A stretch of DNA of 64,000 nucleotides, from the NCBI RefSeq assembly GCF_009914755.1, contig NC_060930.1; one strand, 5' to 3'. Below, in pieces: positions 1 through 15,116 of the stretch; position 1 is the stretch's first letter; each line of letters opens with the position of its first letter. Made by a program: the position numbers and the translations under genes. This DNA is from the human T2T-CHM13v2.0 reference genome, Homo sapiens. The notes below the pieces were generated by a model. It had not been told where the DNA came from. It did not search any database and worked only from the letters and a program-made list of their open reading frames with translations.

Positions 1-109
1 TCAGACTGAAAATAATACATGTGAACCCAACAAGGTTCACATGAGACCAGTGATAGTGGTATAATGGCTGCTGCTAATGAGGCACCTGAAATCACTGCTA
101 ACTGATAAA

Positions 110-520
110 ATCAGTACAATTTATCAAGTGCTTATTGTTTGCAAGAAACTGAGTGCTTTACATGTGTGATCTGTTTTTCCTCTTAGAACAGGCTAGCTAT
201 ATAGATATTATTATCCTCAATTTTCTTTTGCCCACTTTTTTGAGATGGGGTTTTGCTTTGTTGCCCAGGCTGGAGTGCTGTGGCTATTTATAGGTGTGAT
301 CATAGCGCTCTACAGCCTTGAACTCCTGGGCTCAAGTGATCCTCCTGCCTTAGCTGGGACTACAAACATACACCACTGTGCCTGGCTGTTATTTTTGTTT
401 TGTTAATTGAGAAGCCATGGGTTCGAAAGGTTAGATAACTGGCTAAACCGCATAGCCAGTTAGCCGCTGAACTGGTTTCTAATCTATTCTAATTCGCAAA
501 TGCTTTCTACTCTACTGCAT
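110..520 (-). mobile_element. MIR, split by a FAM insertion
   Basis: MIR-like halves (gtgctttacatgtgtgatc...attattatcctcaatttt and gagaag...ggttagataactggctaaaccgcatagccagttag) on either side of 236-386. Confidence 0.6.
236..386 (-). mobile_element. FAM (fossil Alu monomer)
   Basis: Single monomer that keeps the 7SL-derived segment ggctatttataggtgtgatcatagcgc (consensus ggctattcacaggcgcgatcatagcgc), which dimeric Alus lack. Confidence 0.8.
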
Positions 521-524
521 CTTC

Positions 525-752
525 AAGGAAGCCTTCCCAAACTCTTCCCACATATGTTCTGTGCTTCATAGTACCCCTGTACAACAGGTCTCTGTCTCTT
601 TGGGCACTCATAATGGTGCATCATGATTACTTATTTATGTAGAAATCCAACATGACTGTTATCATAAGGGAGATGTTGTCTTATCCATCTTTGTATATCA
701 GTGCCTGTGATAACACACACTTCATACACCTAATAAATGTTTACTGAATGAT
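525..752 (+). mobile_element. L2 3' end relic
   Basis: ggaagccttccc...catctttgtatatcagtgcct...aataaatgtttactgaatga. Confidence 0.6.
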
Positions 753-1229
753 GTGATAGCTCAAAGTTTAGTTTATTAACTGTTCCTTGACTTCATGCCT
801 CATGTATTGAAGTACCTTCATATCTGCTGAGCATCCAGTTTTGGAAGAGTTTGGGAACGGTTGTCATATATGTTTCTCATGAGTCACATTTCTGTGAAGA
901 TGTACTGGATGGTTAGGGATTCATCTAAGGGATGCGTTATGTTTATTTGCCCAGCTAAAATACTATAGCGATAGATAGTATCTTTAGGGCTGTCTAGAAC
1001 AAATGAGCTTATTGTATGATTATCGAATTTGTAGATGATCCAGGCTCTTAACTTCTTTCTCCTCTTCCTGCTTGTTAACTTACACTGCTTTTTAAAATCT
1101 CCACTAGAGAGGATACATTAAAATCAGACAGTTTGTCTTGGTTTTAGTTTCGTGAATTGGCTGATAGGGAAAAGATGTTAAAGCTCTTGGGCAGTAAGGA
1201 AAAGAGTAAGTATCTGGATTTTATGTATT

Positions 1230-2028
<799 letters not shown>

Positions 2029-4047
2029 TGTTTATTTTAAAAAGTTATTCTGGTCCTCCCTCTGTCATGAATAGTTCAAAGTAACTTATCTCCCTTTAAG
2101 AGACTTGCGTGTCTCAAAATTGTATGAGAATTTTAGTGCATTACTTACAACCTGCGCCAGAGAGGGCAAACTGGTTAATCTAGATTGCAAGTGCTTATTA
2201 AGGACTATTCCTATATTCAAATTATAATAAAACAAGTTATATATTTTTAAACATATTACTTTGTAAAATATTGCCAAACAACATTGACACTAACATTCAC
2301 ATTGATATTATGCTACATTTTATTTAGCTTGAATTAAAATATATAGTATTGCTCAAGATTTATAGCTAGTATACTTATGGTACATGTCATCATAAGGTTA
2401 ATTACAAATAGTGATATTTTAAATATCTCTTCTGTTTTTGGTTTGGAAATCTTTTAATCACCGTAACAAATCAGCTTCCTGCTACCCTAGATTTTTGTAT
2501 GTTTACTTCTACTTCAATGACCTTATATTCTAACCTAATTCTGTATTTAGTGAAATAAATTCATCTGCTGAAAGACAGTAGATACCTGTCAAGGACTTTT
2601 GTTGCATGGTAATTTATGAACATTAATAATATGTTTGCCTTTGCCGAGTTTTAAAAAATGCCTCATAGTTTCAAAATAATAGCAAACTCAATACATGCTG
2701 TGCTTATGTTTCATCAAAGCAATACAGATTTTCCAAACTGAACTCAGCAGTTCAAGCTGTGTCTTTAAACATTTCTTTTCCTTAGGGTTTATACTTTCTG
2801 GAATAATAGAATAATATGTAAATATATTCTCTACTGTTGTATACAAAATATTTTTCCCCTTTTGATGAATAAAAAGACATGCTAGATTACTTATTTTCAG
2901 CAAGGAAATGGAAAGGAAAAATCTTTTATTTCAACCATCCACCTGTAGCTTTTGAGACATGTCAGTATGTGGTTTGATCTAACTGTTGGCACTGTTTTTT
3001 GCCATTTATAATCATCAGTGCTCTATTTGATTCTTACCCTGGCACTTGCGAATAAATTTTAAGAGGTCAGTGAAACACCTAAAACTAGAAACAGAAGTTT
3101 GTGTCTTTCTGAATATTAAAGAGAGAAAACTTTTATCAAATATTAAAAGGGCTCATATACATTTTCTTTTTAAGTTTATCAGGCTTCATTGGGAACCTAA
3201 TTCTGAGAGCTGGGAACAGCCTCTCTGGAAGGGAGGATGTGGATGAAAGGAATGTCCTTTCTTGCCTGCCAAAGGATCTAATACTGATAAAAGATGAAAT
3301 TGAAATGCTACTTCCCCTTAGCAAAATTATAGGCTCTACCTAACATTCTAACTCTTCAACTTCTCTGCTAGTCCTGGGTTTGAGCAGCAGGAAGCTTTAG
3401 TTAGGCCCTTCCACTAAAAAAAAAAAAGACTTGCATCTCTGCCCATACCTGGGTCTCGGCCTCTTTGTTCTGTGATACTACTCGCTTGTGCCCTTGTCCA
3501 GGCCTCAGCCCCTAATTCCAGCTCTGCCCAAGAAGCCAAAGCTTTTCTTGATCTCAACTACTCCTCAGAAAAATTTACCGAGCTTGTTGCTTCCTACTAC
3601 TGAGCCTTTGTTTGTAATGTTAAGTCTGGGTGAGTAAGCCTCATGATTACATGTAGACCGAAGGACCCCAAAATAAATGAACTTATAAATAGACTTTATT
3701 TCAGAACAGATTGCACTTTGTTGCTGCTGAATGTTATTTTATCCTTATTGTGCCAGGTGTATTTTCTGGGTAAATGTTTCTCATGTTGAAAATACTGGGT
3801 ACCTCTGTCTTCCTGAGGAACACAAGAACATGCCTAGATCATACTTAAAAATTCTCTTTATATGGCCATCAATAATTTATACAGAGACCTATCTTATGTG
3901 CTTCACTGGTATTCTCAGTTCCAGTGTCTATATTATGAGAAAGCAGGCATGAGAGAATAAATCTAGTGTGAGAATATAAACAGCCAAATCATTCATGTTT
4001 GTCCTGAAATGCTTTAATCCACATTGTGGTATAAACTTCTGAACTTC

Positions 4048-4918
4048 CCAAACTTAGATAAATTTACAAGAATAAAACAACCCCATTAAAAACTGGGCAA
4101 AAAACATGAACAGAAACTTTTCAGAAGACAACGTACATGTGGCCAACCATCATATGAAAAAAAAAACTCAACATCACCGATCATTAGAGGAATACAAATC
4201 AAAACCACAATGAAATACCATCTCACACCAGTCAGAAGGGCTATTATTAAAAAGTCAAAAAATAACAGATGCTGGCGAGGGTACGGAGAAAAAGGAATGC
4301 TTATACACTGTGGATGGAAGTGTAAATTAGTTCAACCATTGTGGAAGACTTTGTGGAGATTTCTCAAAGACCTGAAGACAGAAATACCATTTGTCCTAGC
4401 AATCCCATTACTGGGTACATACCCAAAGGAATATAAATCATTCTGTTATAAAGTCACATGCGTGGGTATGTTCATAGGAGCAGTATTCACAATAGCAGAG
4501 ACATGGAATCAACCTAAATGCCCATCAGTGATAGACTAGATCAAGAAATGTGGTACATAGACTATGCAACCATAAAAAAAGAACGAAATCATGTCCTTTG
4601 CAGGGACATGGATGGAGCTGGAAGCCATTATCCTCAGCAAACTAACACACAAACAGAAAACCAAATACCACATGTTCTTGCTTATAAGTGGGAGCTGAAT
4701 GGTGAGAACACGTGGACACATGGTGGGGAACAACACACACTGGGGCCTGTCACTGGGGCCATGTGGGGTGGGAGGAGGGAGAGCATCAGGAAGAATAACT
4801 AATGGATGCTGGGTAATGAAATAATCTGTACAACAAACCCCCATGACACAAGTTTACCTATGTCTCAGGGCTACCCATGTACCCCTGAACTTAAACAGAA
4901 GTTAAAAACAAAACAACA
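4048..4918 (+). mobile_element. 5'-truncated L1PA with ORF2p C-terminal remnant and 15-bp TSD
   Basis: ORF 4210-4539 ([22 protein letters not shown]...KLVQPLWK) is the ORF2p C-terminal region; TSD aaacttctgaacttc at 4033-4047 and 4919-4933. Confidence 0.95.
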
Positions 4919-5134
4919 AAACTTCTGAACTTCTCAACCACTGTCATCATTTTTTCCCTCTTGCCATTGACCCAAATTATTGAATATTGTTTATAAAATG
5001 CAGTGACACACGGATATTTGTTCCCAAAAGAGACGGTTAATTTTCGTGAGAGGAAAAGAACATAGGGATACCATGGTTGTCAAGATGATGAGTGAAAAGG
5101 CCTTAGCAAATCCTTTATAAATAAACTGATGTTT

Positions 5135-5550
5135 GGCCAGGTGCAGTGCCTCACACCTGTAATTCCAGGTGTTTGGGAGGCCAAGACAGGAGGATTGCTT
5201 GAGGTCAGGAGTTTGAGACCAGCCTGTTCAATACAGTGAGATCCGTCTCTGCAAAAAGTTTTTTACAATTAGCTTGGTATGGTGGCACACATCTGTAGTC
5301 CCAGCTACTCAGGAGGCTGAGGCCAGATTATCACTTGGACCCAGGAGTTCAAGACTGTGGTGAACTATGATCATATAACTGCACCCTGGCCTGAGCATTG
5401 AGACCCTGTATCTTGAGAAGAGAAGAGGAGGGGAGGGGAGGGGAGGGGAGGGAAGAGGGAAGACTGTAGTGAGCTATGATCATATAACTGCACTCTGGTC
5501 TGAGCATTGAGACACTGTATCGAGAGGGGAGGGGAGGGGAGGGGAGGGGG
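5135..5550 (+). mobile_element. AluJ with duplicated 3' end and (GGGGA)n tails
   Basis: Alu dimer from 5135; segments 5351-5459 and 5460-5550 are tandem copies. Confidence 0.9.
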
Positions 5551-7043
5551 AACATTATAATCATAGTTGAATATCTATCCTGGGTCATGTCTCTCTCTAT
5601 GTATATTTTTTGAGGAAAAATACTCTTTTAAAGTAAATATAAAGATCTCTCTCACTCTAACATACTTGAAAAACATAAAAATTTACATATTTCAACTGAC
5701 ACACATCTATTCCTTCTTCATCTTTTAGTATTCTAGTGTACACTTCCGTTTATATAGAAGAGCATTAGATATGTATATGGTTTAATTTACATCTTAAAAG
5801 GCATTTCACATTGCCAGTCCCCTGAATCCTTAATTTCACCCGGAGTAGCTGAGAAGGCTTTCATGTCACCTGTCAAAATTAGTGCAGTTCAAACTCCATA
5901 ATACACCAGCTGTGGGCTTTATCTTCCTCATTAATTTAGGAAGTCAGTTATGCTCAAACCATTGAGAAAAGCTGCCTTTGACATTCCTTCAGAAGCACAG
6001 AGAATGGCTAACACATAAGGCAATCCACGTAGTTTCCTTTACACTTTTCTATTCTACGATCCTCTCGGTATTGACTTCTTTGCTTTAATAGCCTATGAAA
6101 GGCTACCTTAGGCACTTGCTAATTCAGCACTTAGTAAAATGAAATCCTCATATTTTACATCAGGTAGGTAATGGAATTTTCAGGTGATTCATGATCTAGA
6201 ACAGACGGGGGTAATGAAGTTAATGGTTCATAGAATAGTTGAGGGACATTCTGCATATTTGTCAGAAAGCAAAGTCCGTTCCCTTCATCTGCTTCTGTTT
6301 ATTTCTAAGATAATAAATTGTTGCTTTTAGGTCTGATGTACATCTGTTCTCTACATCTTCCTGACCCTACCACAGAAATGCTCCACTTGAAAATGTTAAG
6401 CTTTCAAAATTTAAGTTCAAAAATTCTTTAATATCATTTAACAGTAAATAATGATTATGTCCTAAGTTGGAAACATAAGGATTATTGTTATTATAGACTC
6501 CTACTGCTCAGAACTCTTTGATTTGCATATGTTGTATCAGAACTATCGAATATTAAATATGGGCACAATCCATGTTTAATAAATCACTTTTAGGATCAGA
6601 GGATGCTGCATGTAGGCCAGAGAAAATCAAACTGATTGTTTAGCATAATCCTGAAAGATCCCCAATTATTCATTAGTTTGAGGGGGGAAATGGTTTCTGT
6701 TTATAACATGTATTATTGTGTGTTTTTAAAAACTGTTGCAGAAAGTTTACTATCAATATACCATTGATTAGAGAAAATACTGTCATTAAGTCTGTTTCTA
6801 ATATATGGTCATAAAAAAGTAGTCTTCATAGTTTAATGTTAAAATATTTTTAAAAGCATACTCTGTATCAGCTTTTATTTTGCAATGTCATGTGGAATAT
6901 CAGGCTACCTTCTGATTGGTGGAAATTTCAGACATTAATCTTTTAGTTAAGTGGCTCCTACATTTTCAGTCTTTATTTTTCCTACCTCAGCAGACTCTTT
7001 TTATTTTTTTGTTGTTGTTTCTATATTCTTCCATTATTGCGTT

Positions 7044-7416
7044 TGTATTGGTTTATCTGTTGTAACAAAGTACCACAAACTGGGTATTTTGGGAACTCTG
7101 AGAGAGAATTTGTTCTGTTCTTGTCCCGCAGCTTCTAATGGTTACTGACAATACTTGGCATTCCTTGGCTTATAGACATATCACTCCAATTTTTGTCTCA
7201 GTCTTCACCTGGCATTCTTTCCTCTGCCTCTGTTTCCAGATGTCCTCATCTTATACACCAGTCATTGGATTAGGGTCCACCTTAATTCATTATGACCTCA
7301 TTTTAACTTGATTATATCTATTAAGACCCTGTTTCCAAGTAATGTCACATTCACAGCTACTGGGGGTTAGGACTTACATTTACATCTTTTTAGGGGACAC
7401 AGTTCAACTCATAACA
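7044..7416 (-). mobile_element. MaLR LTR (MLT1C-like), internally deleted
   Basis: tgtattggttt...gtaacaaagtaccacaaactgggt ... cattggattagggtccacc ... ggggacacagttcaactcataaca; TG...CA ends. Confidence 0.85.
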
Positions 7417-8246
7417 GCCTCCTTTTGTAGTAAATAGAAATTCTTTAGTATGACATTTTAATTACTTTGTTGTTTCTTTTACTATATATATTTTAAGTCA
7501 TTTTTATAGTGGTTACCATAGGGATTACAATTAATATTCTAATTTATAACACTCTTATTTTGATCAATATTAACTTAATTATAATAACATATGAAAACTT
7601 TGCTCCTATGTAGTTCCCTTCCCACCCCACTTCTTTTTGTTGTTACTGTCATAAACATTACATATATATGCAGTGTATGCTCAGTAGCACAGACTTATAA
7701 TTAGCACTTTGTGCAGTTGTCTTTTAAATCAGATAATATAAAAACAAGAGTTACAAACAAAAACCACAATTATACTGTCTTTTATGTTTACATATGCAGT
7801 TACATTTACTGCTGCTCTTTATTTCTTCCTGTGGATTGGAGAGTCCTTTCATTTCAGCCCGAAGGGTTCCATTTAGCATTTCTTGAGAGGCAGATTTGCT
7901 AACAACTAATTCCTCTTGGTTTTCATTTATCTGGAAATGACTTAATTTCGTCTTCATTTTTGAAGAGCAGCTTCTCTGGATACAGAATTCCTGGTTGGCA
8001 GTCTTTTTCTTTCAGCATTTTATATCATCTCACTTCCCTCTCTTCCATATGGTTTCTTTGGAGAAACCAAATGTTAATCTTACTGAGGATCCCTTATCTA
8101 TAAGTTGCTGATCTCTTGCTGCTGTCAGGATTCGCTTTTTGTCTTTGACTTTCAACTGTTTGATTATGATGTGTCTGGGTGTAGATCTCTTTGAGTCTAT
8201 CCTACTTGAAGTTTCTAGAGCTTTTAGGATGTGTTGATTAATGTTC

Positions 8247-8564
8247 TTTTTTGTTCTGGGTTTTTTTTTTTGTTTTTTTTTTGGACCAGGGTCTCACTGT
8301 GTCACCCAGGCTAGAGTGCAGTGGTGCAGTCATGGCTCACTGCATCCTTGACTTCCTGGGCTCAAGCACTTCTCTCATGTCAGCATCCCAAGCAGCTGGG
8401 GCTACAGGTGTGTGCCACCACACCCAGCTAGTTTCTGTATTTTTTATAGAGACAGAGTCTCACTGTGTTTTCCAGGTTGGTCTTGAATAACTGGGCTCAA
8501 GTGATCCTCCCGCCTTGGCCTCCCAAAGTGCTGGGATTACAGGTGTGAGCCACCGCACCCAGCC
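8247..8564 (-). mobile_element. AluJ
   Basis: Antisense dimer, J-type diagnostics, T-rich tail. Confidence 0.92.
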
Positions 8565-9215
8565 AATTAGTGCTGTTTTTCAAATTAGAGAGGTTTTGGC
8601 CACTATTTGTTCAAATATTCTTTCTGCTCCTTTCTTTCCTTTCCTAGAACTCCCATTATGTGTTTGTTGGTGTGCTTGATGGTATCTAAGGCTCTGTTAA
8701 TTTTTTCTTTCTATTCCCCCCATCAAGTCATCTGAATTGACCTGTCTTCAAGTTTGCTGATTGTTTCTTCTGCTTGTTCAGATCTCTTGCAGAGCCCTTC
8801 TAGTAATTTTTAAATTTTAGTTCTTGTACATTCTATATCAGAATTTCTATATGGTTCTTTTTTATTATTTCTGTCTCATTATTGGTACTCTATTTGGTGA
8901 GACATCATTCTCTTGATTTTCCTTAATTCTTGGGACATGGTTTTCTTTAGTTTTTTGATCATATTTAAAGTGCTGATTTAAAGTCTTTGTCCAGTAAAGT
9001 CTAATATCTGGGCTTTCTCAGGGACAGTTTCTATTGTCTCCTTTTTTCCTGTGCACAAACCATATTTTCTTGTTTGTTTGGAGGGTTTTCTTATGGTTTA
9101 TGATTTTTGTTATTGAATACTGGACATTTGAATAATATAACGTGGCAGCTCTGGAAATCGGATTCTTCTCACTCCCTACAGTTTGTTGTTGTTATTTGGT
9201 GACTTTTCTGAATTA

Positions 9216-9649
9216 TAGTTCAGACCTTTGAACAATGCACGGCTTAGAGGTACCCCCTCAGTGCAGTCAAAAATCCATGTATAACTTTTGACTCCTCCAA
9301 AAGTTTACTAATAGCCTACTGTTGATAGGAAGCCTCACCATTAACATAAACAATCAATTAATGCACGTGTGTTATGTGTATTATATACTGTATTCTTACA
9401 ACCAAGTAAGCTAGAGGAAAGAAAATGTTATTAAGAAAATCATAAGAAGAGAAAATATATTTACTATTCATTAAGTGGAAGTGGATCATCATAAAGGTCA
9501 TCATCCTCATCATCTTCATACTGAATAGGCTGAGGAGGAGGAAGAAGAGGAGCTGTTGATTTTGCAGTCTCAGGGGTGGTAAAGACAAAAGAATATCTAT
9601 GTATAAGTGAACGCACACAGTACAAACCCGTGTTTTTAAGGGTCCACTG
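9216..9649 (-). mobile_element. Tigger2a (non-autonomous TcMar-Tigger DNA transposon)
   Basis: 434 bp; degenerate TIRs (tagttcagacctttgaacaa / tttttaagggtccactg); TA on both sides; acidic transposase-tail remnant EDDEDDDLYDDPLPLNE on the - strand. Confidence 0.85.
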
Positions 9650-10925
9650 TAATTCTGTAAAGTCTGTATTCTTTGTCATGTGTGACCAGTGAAATCTCTA
9701 CCCACTTAGCTTAATAGTCAGCTAATGATTGGACAGAGATTTCCTTAAATGCCTGGAACTAGTAAGTCTCTCAGTTTTTGCAGGGAGGCCTGATTGTATA
9801 TGTTGGAGCTTGCCTGGAATGCTCCATCAGGTAGCTTATAACTCCACCTTTGCCTTTACTTCCTGTTTCTGCCAAGTATCAGGTTTAGCCAGAGGTGAGA
9901 GTTTAGCACGTTCTCAGATATTTGGTTCTCAGCATGTGCATAACCTAAACACACACCCAGCCCTATGCATACATGGAACCTTCTATATTCTAGGAAATAT
10001 GTCAGTGTTTTTTAGGCTTTGTATGGATATCACATTCCCTGCCTTTTTTTTTTTTTTAAGCTTTTTGATTTGCTTATTGTTTGTCCCAGCTGTTATCACA
10101 GCCTGAGGCAGCCCTGATGTTAAACAATTGCAGCTGATTATTTTTGACAAATGTCTTTGGGCAAAAGACTGTTCTCACTGGGTTAGTGCCAGGTCAGGTT
10201 AAATAAGCAAGCTGTGTGAGTGGAGCCTTCCTTGGAACCACTAGTGAAGTCCAATAATGATAGTTTTTCTGGGAATGGGGCTTTGAAGAAGTTACAACTC
10301 TATTATGCCCCCTCAAGTGGCTTCCAGGCTGCTGGTTTTCATGATTGAAGGCTGTTGGTTTTCAAGGCTACCATGGAACTAGAAAGTGGGAGGTGAGATT
10401 AGGATAGGCCAAACACACCACATAGCTCCATGTTCTTACCAAGATTTATTTGTTTTTTAATGAACACCACCCAGATTGCTGCAAACCTTTAGTTAATTTC
10501 CAGAGTTCTGAAAAAGTTGACTGACAATTTTTGTCAGTGTTCTCATTGTTTTTATGAAGGAGAGGATTTTCAGTCTTTACTCCACCATTCCTGCTGAGGT
10601 CAATAAAAATTTATGCCTGAAAAGGGGCTGCCTTGTATCTATCAGACCATCAATATGTGAAGTTGAATCACTTTTCTTGCTTAATTTTTGTGCTGCATGT
10701 CAAAGGTGCATCAATCACTTATGGTGCTGTCTTCCTCATAAAGCTTTTGAGGAAGAACTCATGTCATTAGCAGGTTATTGACAGCAAATGATCACTATTA
10801 ATTGAGTCACCATCACAGAAAGCATGGAGACTTACAGACTAAAATGTATACTTCTTTAGATACTTCTGGCTTTGGATACCACACAAGAAATAATATGGCA
10901 CAGATAGACTGAATCTTGCCTATGA

Positions 10926-11253
<328 letters not shown>

Positions 11254-13080
11254 TCTCTCCCTGTTAAAAACTGATACTTTTATTAAGAACCAAATCAAAT
11301 ATTATGTTGTTATTTCTATTCTGATAGATAATTGAGTTCCACAATTACTGTCTTTCATGATGTCAAAGCTGCTGTTGGTCTAGATTCACTAAAGAAGCTT
11401 TGTTTTCTTGATAGATGATGTCCCCTTCACTATGCCGTGTCACACCATCAGCATAGTCTTCCAAAAGCTGTGCACATCAGGTGATTGGACATTTGTTGAT
11501 CGGAAAGATATTTGCTTTTGATGCTGCATTGCTAAATTAAAAAGATAATCAAACTTAAAATTAATAGATATAAACTCTAGAATTTGCAACAGATCACTAG
11601 AAAAATATTGATATTTCAGGGATAATCAATTTCAAAACTTAAAGAGTCATTTTGAAATCTGCAGTACATTGTGTTACTGTCATAGAAGTAACAGATTTTA
11701 GAATATAACAATTTTATTACTAACATATTTGTTATAGCTTTATTATTTTATTCTAGTATCCTTCAAATCAAATGGGTCATTATTGTATTGAAGTGTTTAC
11801 AGAAGTAGAAGATTTAAATCTGAATCAGTTTTATCATTAATCTGGCAAATTAGTTGAATCGTGATCATTCCATTCACATGTAAGTCATCTGAAAAGGGAG
11901 CACCATTTTGAAGAGTTTAAGCTGAATGATGTAGATTTTAAATTTTCCACTTGCTCTCTAATTCCAGGCCTTCCAAAATATTTTTAAACTCATTTTACTT
12001 GATGTGACCTTGAATTAAAAAAAATAACGTGAAAAAACTGTTGTTCCATTTTATTATCTGATATTTGGTGTGAAATAATCATCTCAACACTTGCTTTGAC
12101 AGTGGCATATCATTTCTATAATCCTAAGTCAGAGAGGCCTGAGACACCAAGGGCTTCTGTTTCTGTAGTGAGCCTAGAGACTCACTTGAATTGAGTCCTC
12201 CATTCAACACCTGAGAAAGAAACATTCTTTTGGATAGAATGGCCTTCCTCACTTGCAAGTGTTTTTCATGCTGTAAATAATACAGTGTAAAGTGAAATTT
12301 ACAGAAAATCATATCACAAGATCTCTCTATTGCCAAAAATGGATTGTTCTGCATACTCTTCTTGTTCCACACTGGTGGCCCTGTAGAAGGACTGGAGATC
12401 ATTTTGGTGGCCAAGTTCATGAGGCCTCAGACACAGCCCACTGGCAGTCACTCTTATCACCCAGGCTTGAGACACTCTTAGCTCTTCCTTAGCCTTTAGT
12501 TAAGTTTCTCAAGGCACCAGCTATTCTTCTTTTAGACACTCAGTTTTATCCGTGGAAGCCTATCAGTTTCTTTTTATGTTTCAACTTCCCAAGTCCTTCA
12601 GATTTTTTGAAGAAAGTTTGAAACAGAAAGCAGGATAAACAACTTATTTTCATTTCTCTTTTGCTCTTCCACCAGCCTAGCCCACGTTCCTAAGGGAATG
12701 AACAGCCCATCTCTGTTAATTCCCTCAGTTTCAGGCACATTTCCTGTTTGGAACGTGGGTCATCAGTGAATTAATCCATAGCCCTTGGAATTATGAAGCT
12801 TATGGACCTCCCTTCTCTTAGGAAAGCATGCTTGATTTTAGAACTCAGAGACCGTGAAAGGAGAACTGAGCATTGTTGATTGTTTGCTGTCAGGGCCAGT
12901 CTTTGACATGGGCCTGGATGTTCTGCTGATTTTTGTGGAGCACTGGACAGATTTTCACATTTCTATGGGTTTTGATGTTTTCACATATCAACTGGGCATA
13001 TTAGCAGTTACCCTATACAAAGAATATTAGATAACATATCACTAGTGCTTTCTGGGATGCTATATAAATTGAAGACTTTA

Positions 13081-13195
<115 letters not shown>

Positions 13196-13204
13196 AAGAC
13201 TTTA

Positions 13205-13350
13205 AATAATGGAGTATCATTATTTAGCTTATAATAGAGTAACATTGGTAGAACAATGAATTGATATATGTAGAATGCTTAGAATAGTGTCTGGCACATA
13301 AAAGGTGCTCAAGAGTTATCAGCTATAATTATTATCATTGTTACTATACT
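13205..13350 (+). mobile_element. MIR 3' part
   Basis: gatatatgtagaatgcttagaatagtgtctggcacataaaaggtgctcaa. Confidence 0.7.
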
Positions 13351-13611
13351 GAGATTTTGGAATTTTACCTTAAAAACAATGTATCACATATGTAAATATA
13401 AAGGTATCTTTTCTATATAAAGGTATCTTTTGGGTCACATATTCCTAATGTTTATTTTCTCATGATTGATAGGGTAAGCCAAAGTCAAAAGTACCTGTGG
13501 GGAAGGAGAAAGCTAGCCAGTGAGCAGGGAGTGAAGTAGGACCCATGGGGAAATGTGAGACTTTCCAAAGGCTGTGGAGGGAAAGGTGGCTCTCAGTGCC
13601 AGTCACTGTGA

Positions 13612-14548
<937 letters not shown>

Positions 14549-14801
14549 ACTTCACATTGGATAGGGAAAATGAAAAGAACATTGTGTTTCTTTTGTCTTG
14601 TGATAGTGATTAATATCTAGCTATTCTTTATTCTCAGGCTCACTTTAATATTTGAGAAATCAGAGTTATGCTCTACAAATAATATATAACATTGATATCG
14701 TAAGGTTTCTATTTTTCTGGATTTTGTTTTCTCCTTGAAAGGCTGTTATCGAGTTGATGGTGTGGTTTACCATCAGTTGCATCTTAGAAATAAAATATTT
14801 G

Positions 14802-15116
14802 GGCCAGGTGCAGTGACTCGTGCTTGTAATCCCAGCACTTTGGGAGTCCGAGGCTGACAGATTGCTTGAGCTCAGGAGTTCGAAACCAGACTGGGCAACA
14901 TAGCAAGACCCAGTCTCTGCAAAAAAAAAAAAAAATTAGCTGGGCATGGTTGTATGCTCCTGTAGTACCCCCTACTCAGGAGGCTGAGGTGAAAGAATCA
15001 CTTGAGCCCAGGAGGCAGAGGTTGCAGTCAACTGAGATCTCAACACTGCACTCCAGCCTGGGTGACAGAGGCAGACCCTATCTCAAAAAAAAAAAAAAAA
15101 AAAAAAGGAAAGAAAC
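14802..15116 (+). mobile_element. AluJ
   Basis: Sense dimer; TSD aaataa(a/g)atatttgg. Confidence 0.93.

Larger units (their letters stand above)
6990..10600 (-). mobile_element. Ancient L1M (L1MD/MC-like) 5' region, interrupted by MLT1, AluJ and Tigger2a
   Basis: T-rich antisense L1 ORF1/5'UTR-like text (tagtggttaccatagggattacaatt, ccatttagcatttcttg, ctggatacagaattcctggttggcag, aactcccattatgtgtttgttgg) resumes after each insert. Confidence 0.7.

Noticed and set aside
4210-4539. 109-aa ORF as a gene
   Set aside because: Remnant of L1 ORF2p in a 5'-truncated element
9464-9679. Acidic 71-aa ORF
   Set aside because: Tail of the Tigger2 transposase inside a non-autonomous element
11415-11480. 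Possible 66-nt cryptic exon (ttttcttgatag ... cag/gtgatt)
   Set aside because: Weak donor, in-frame stop and no CDKAL1 similarity; indistinguishable from background pseudo-exons
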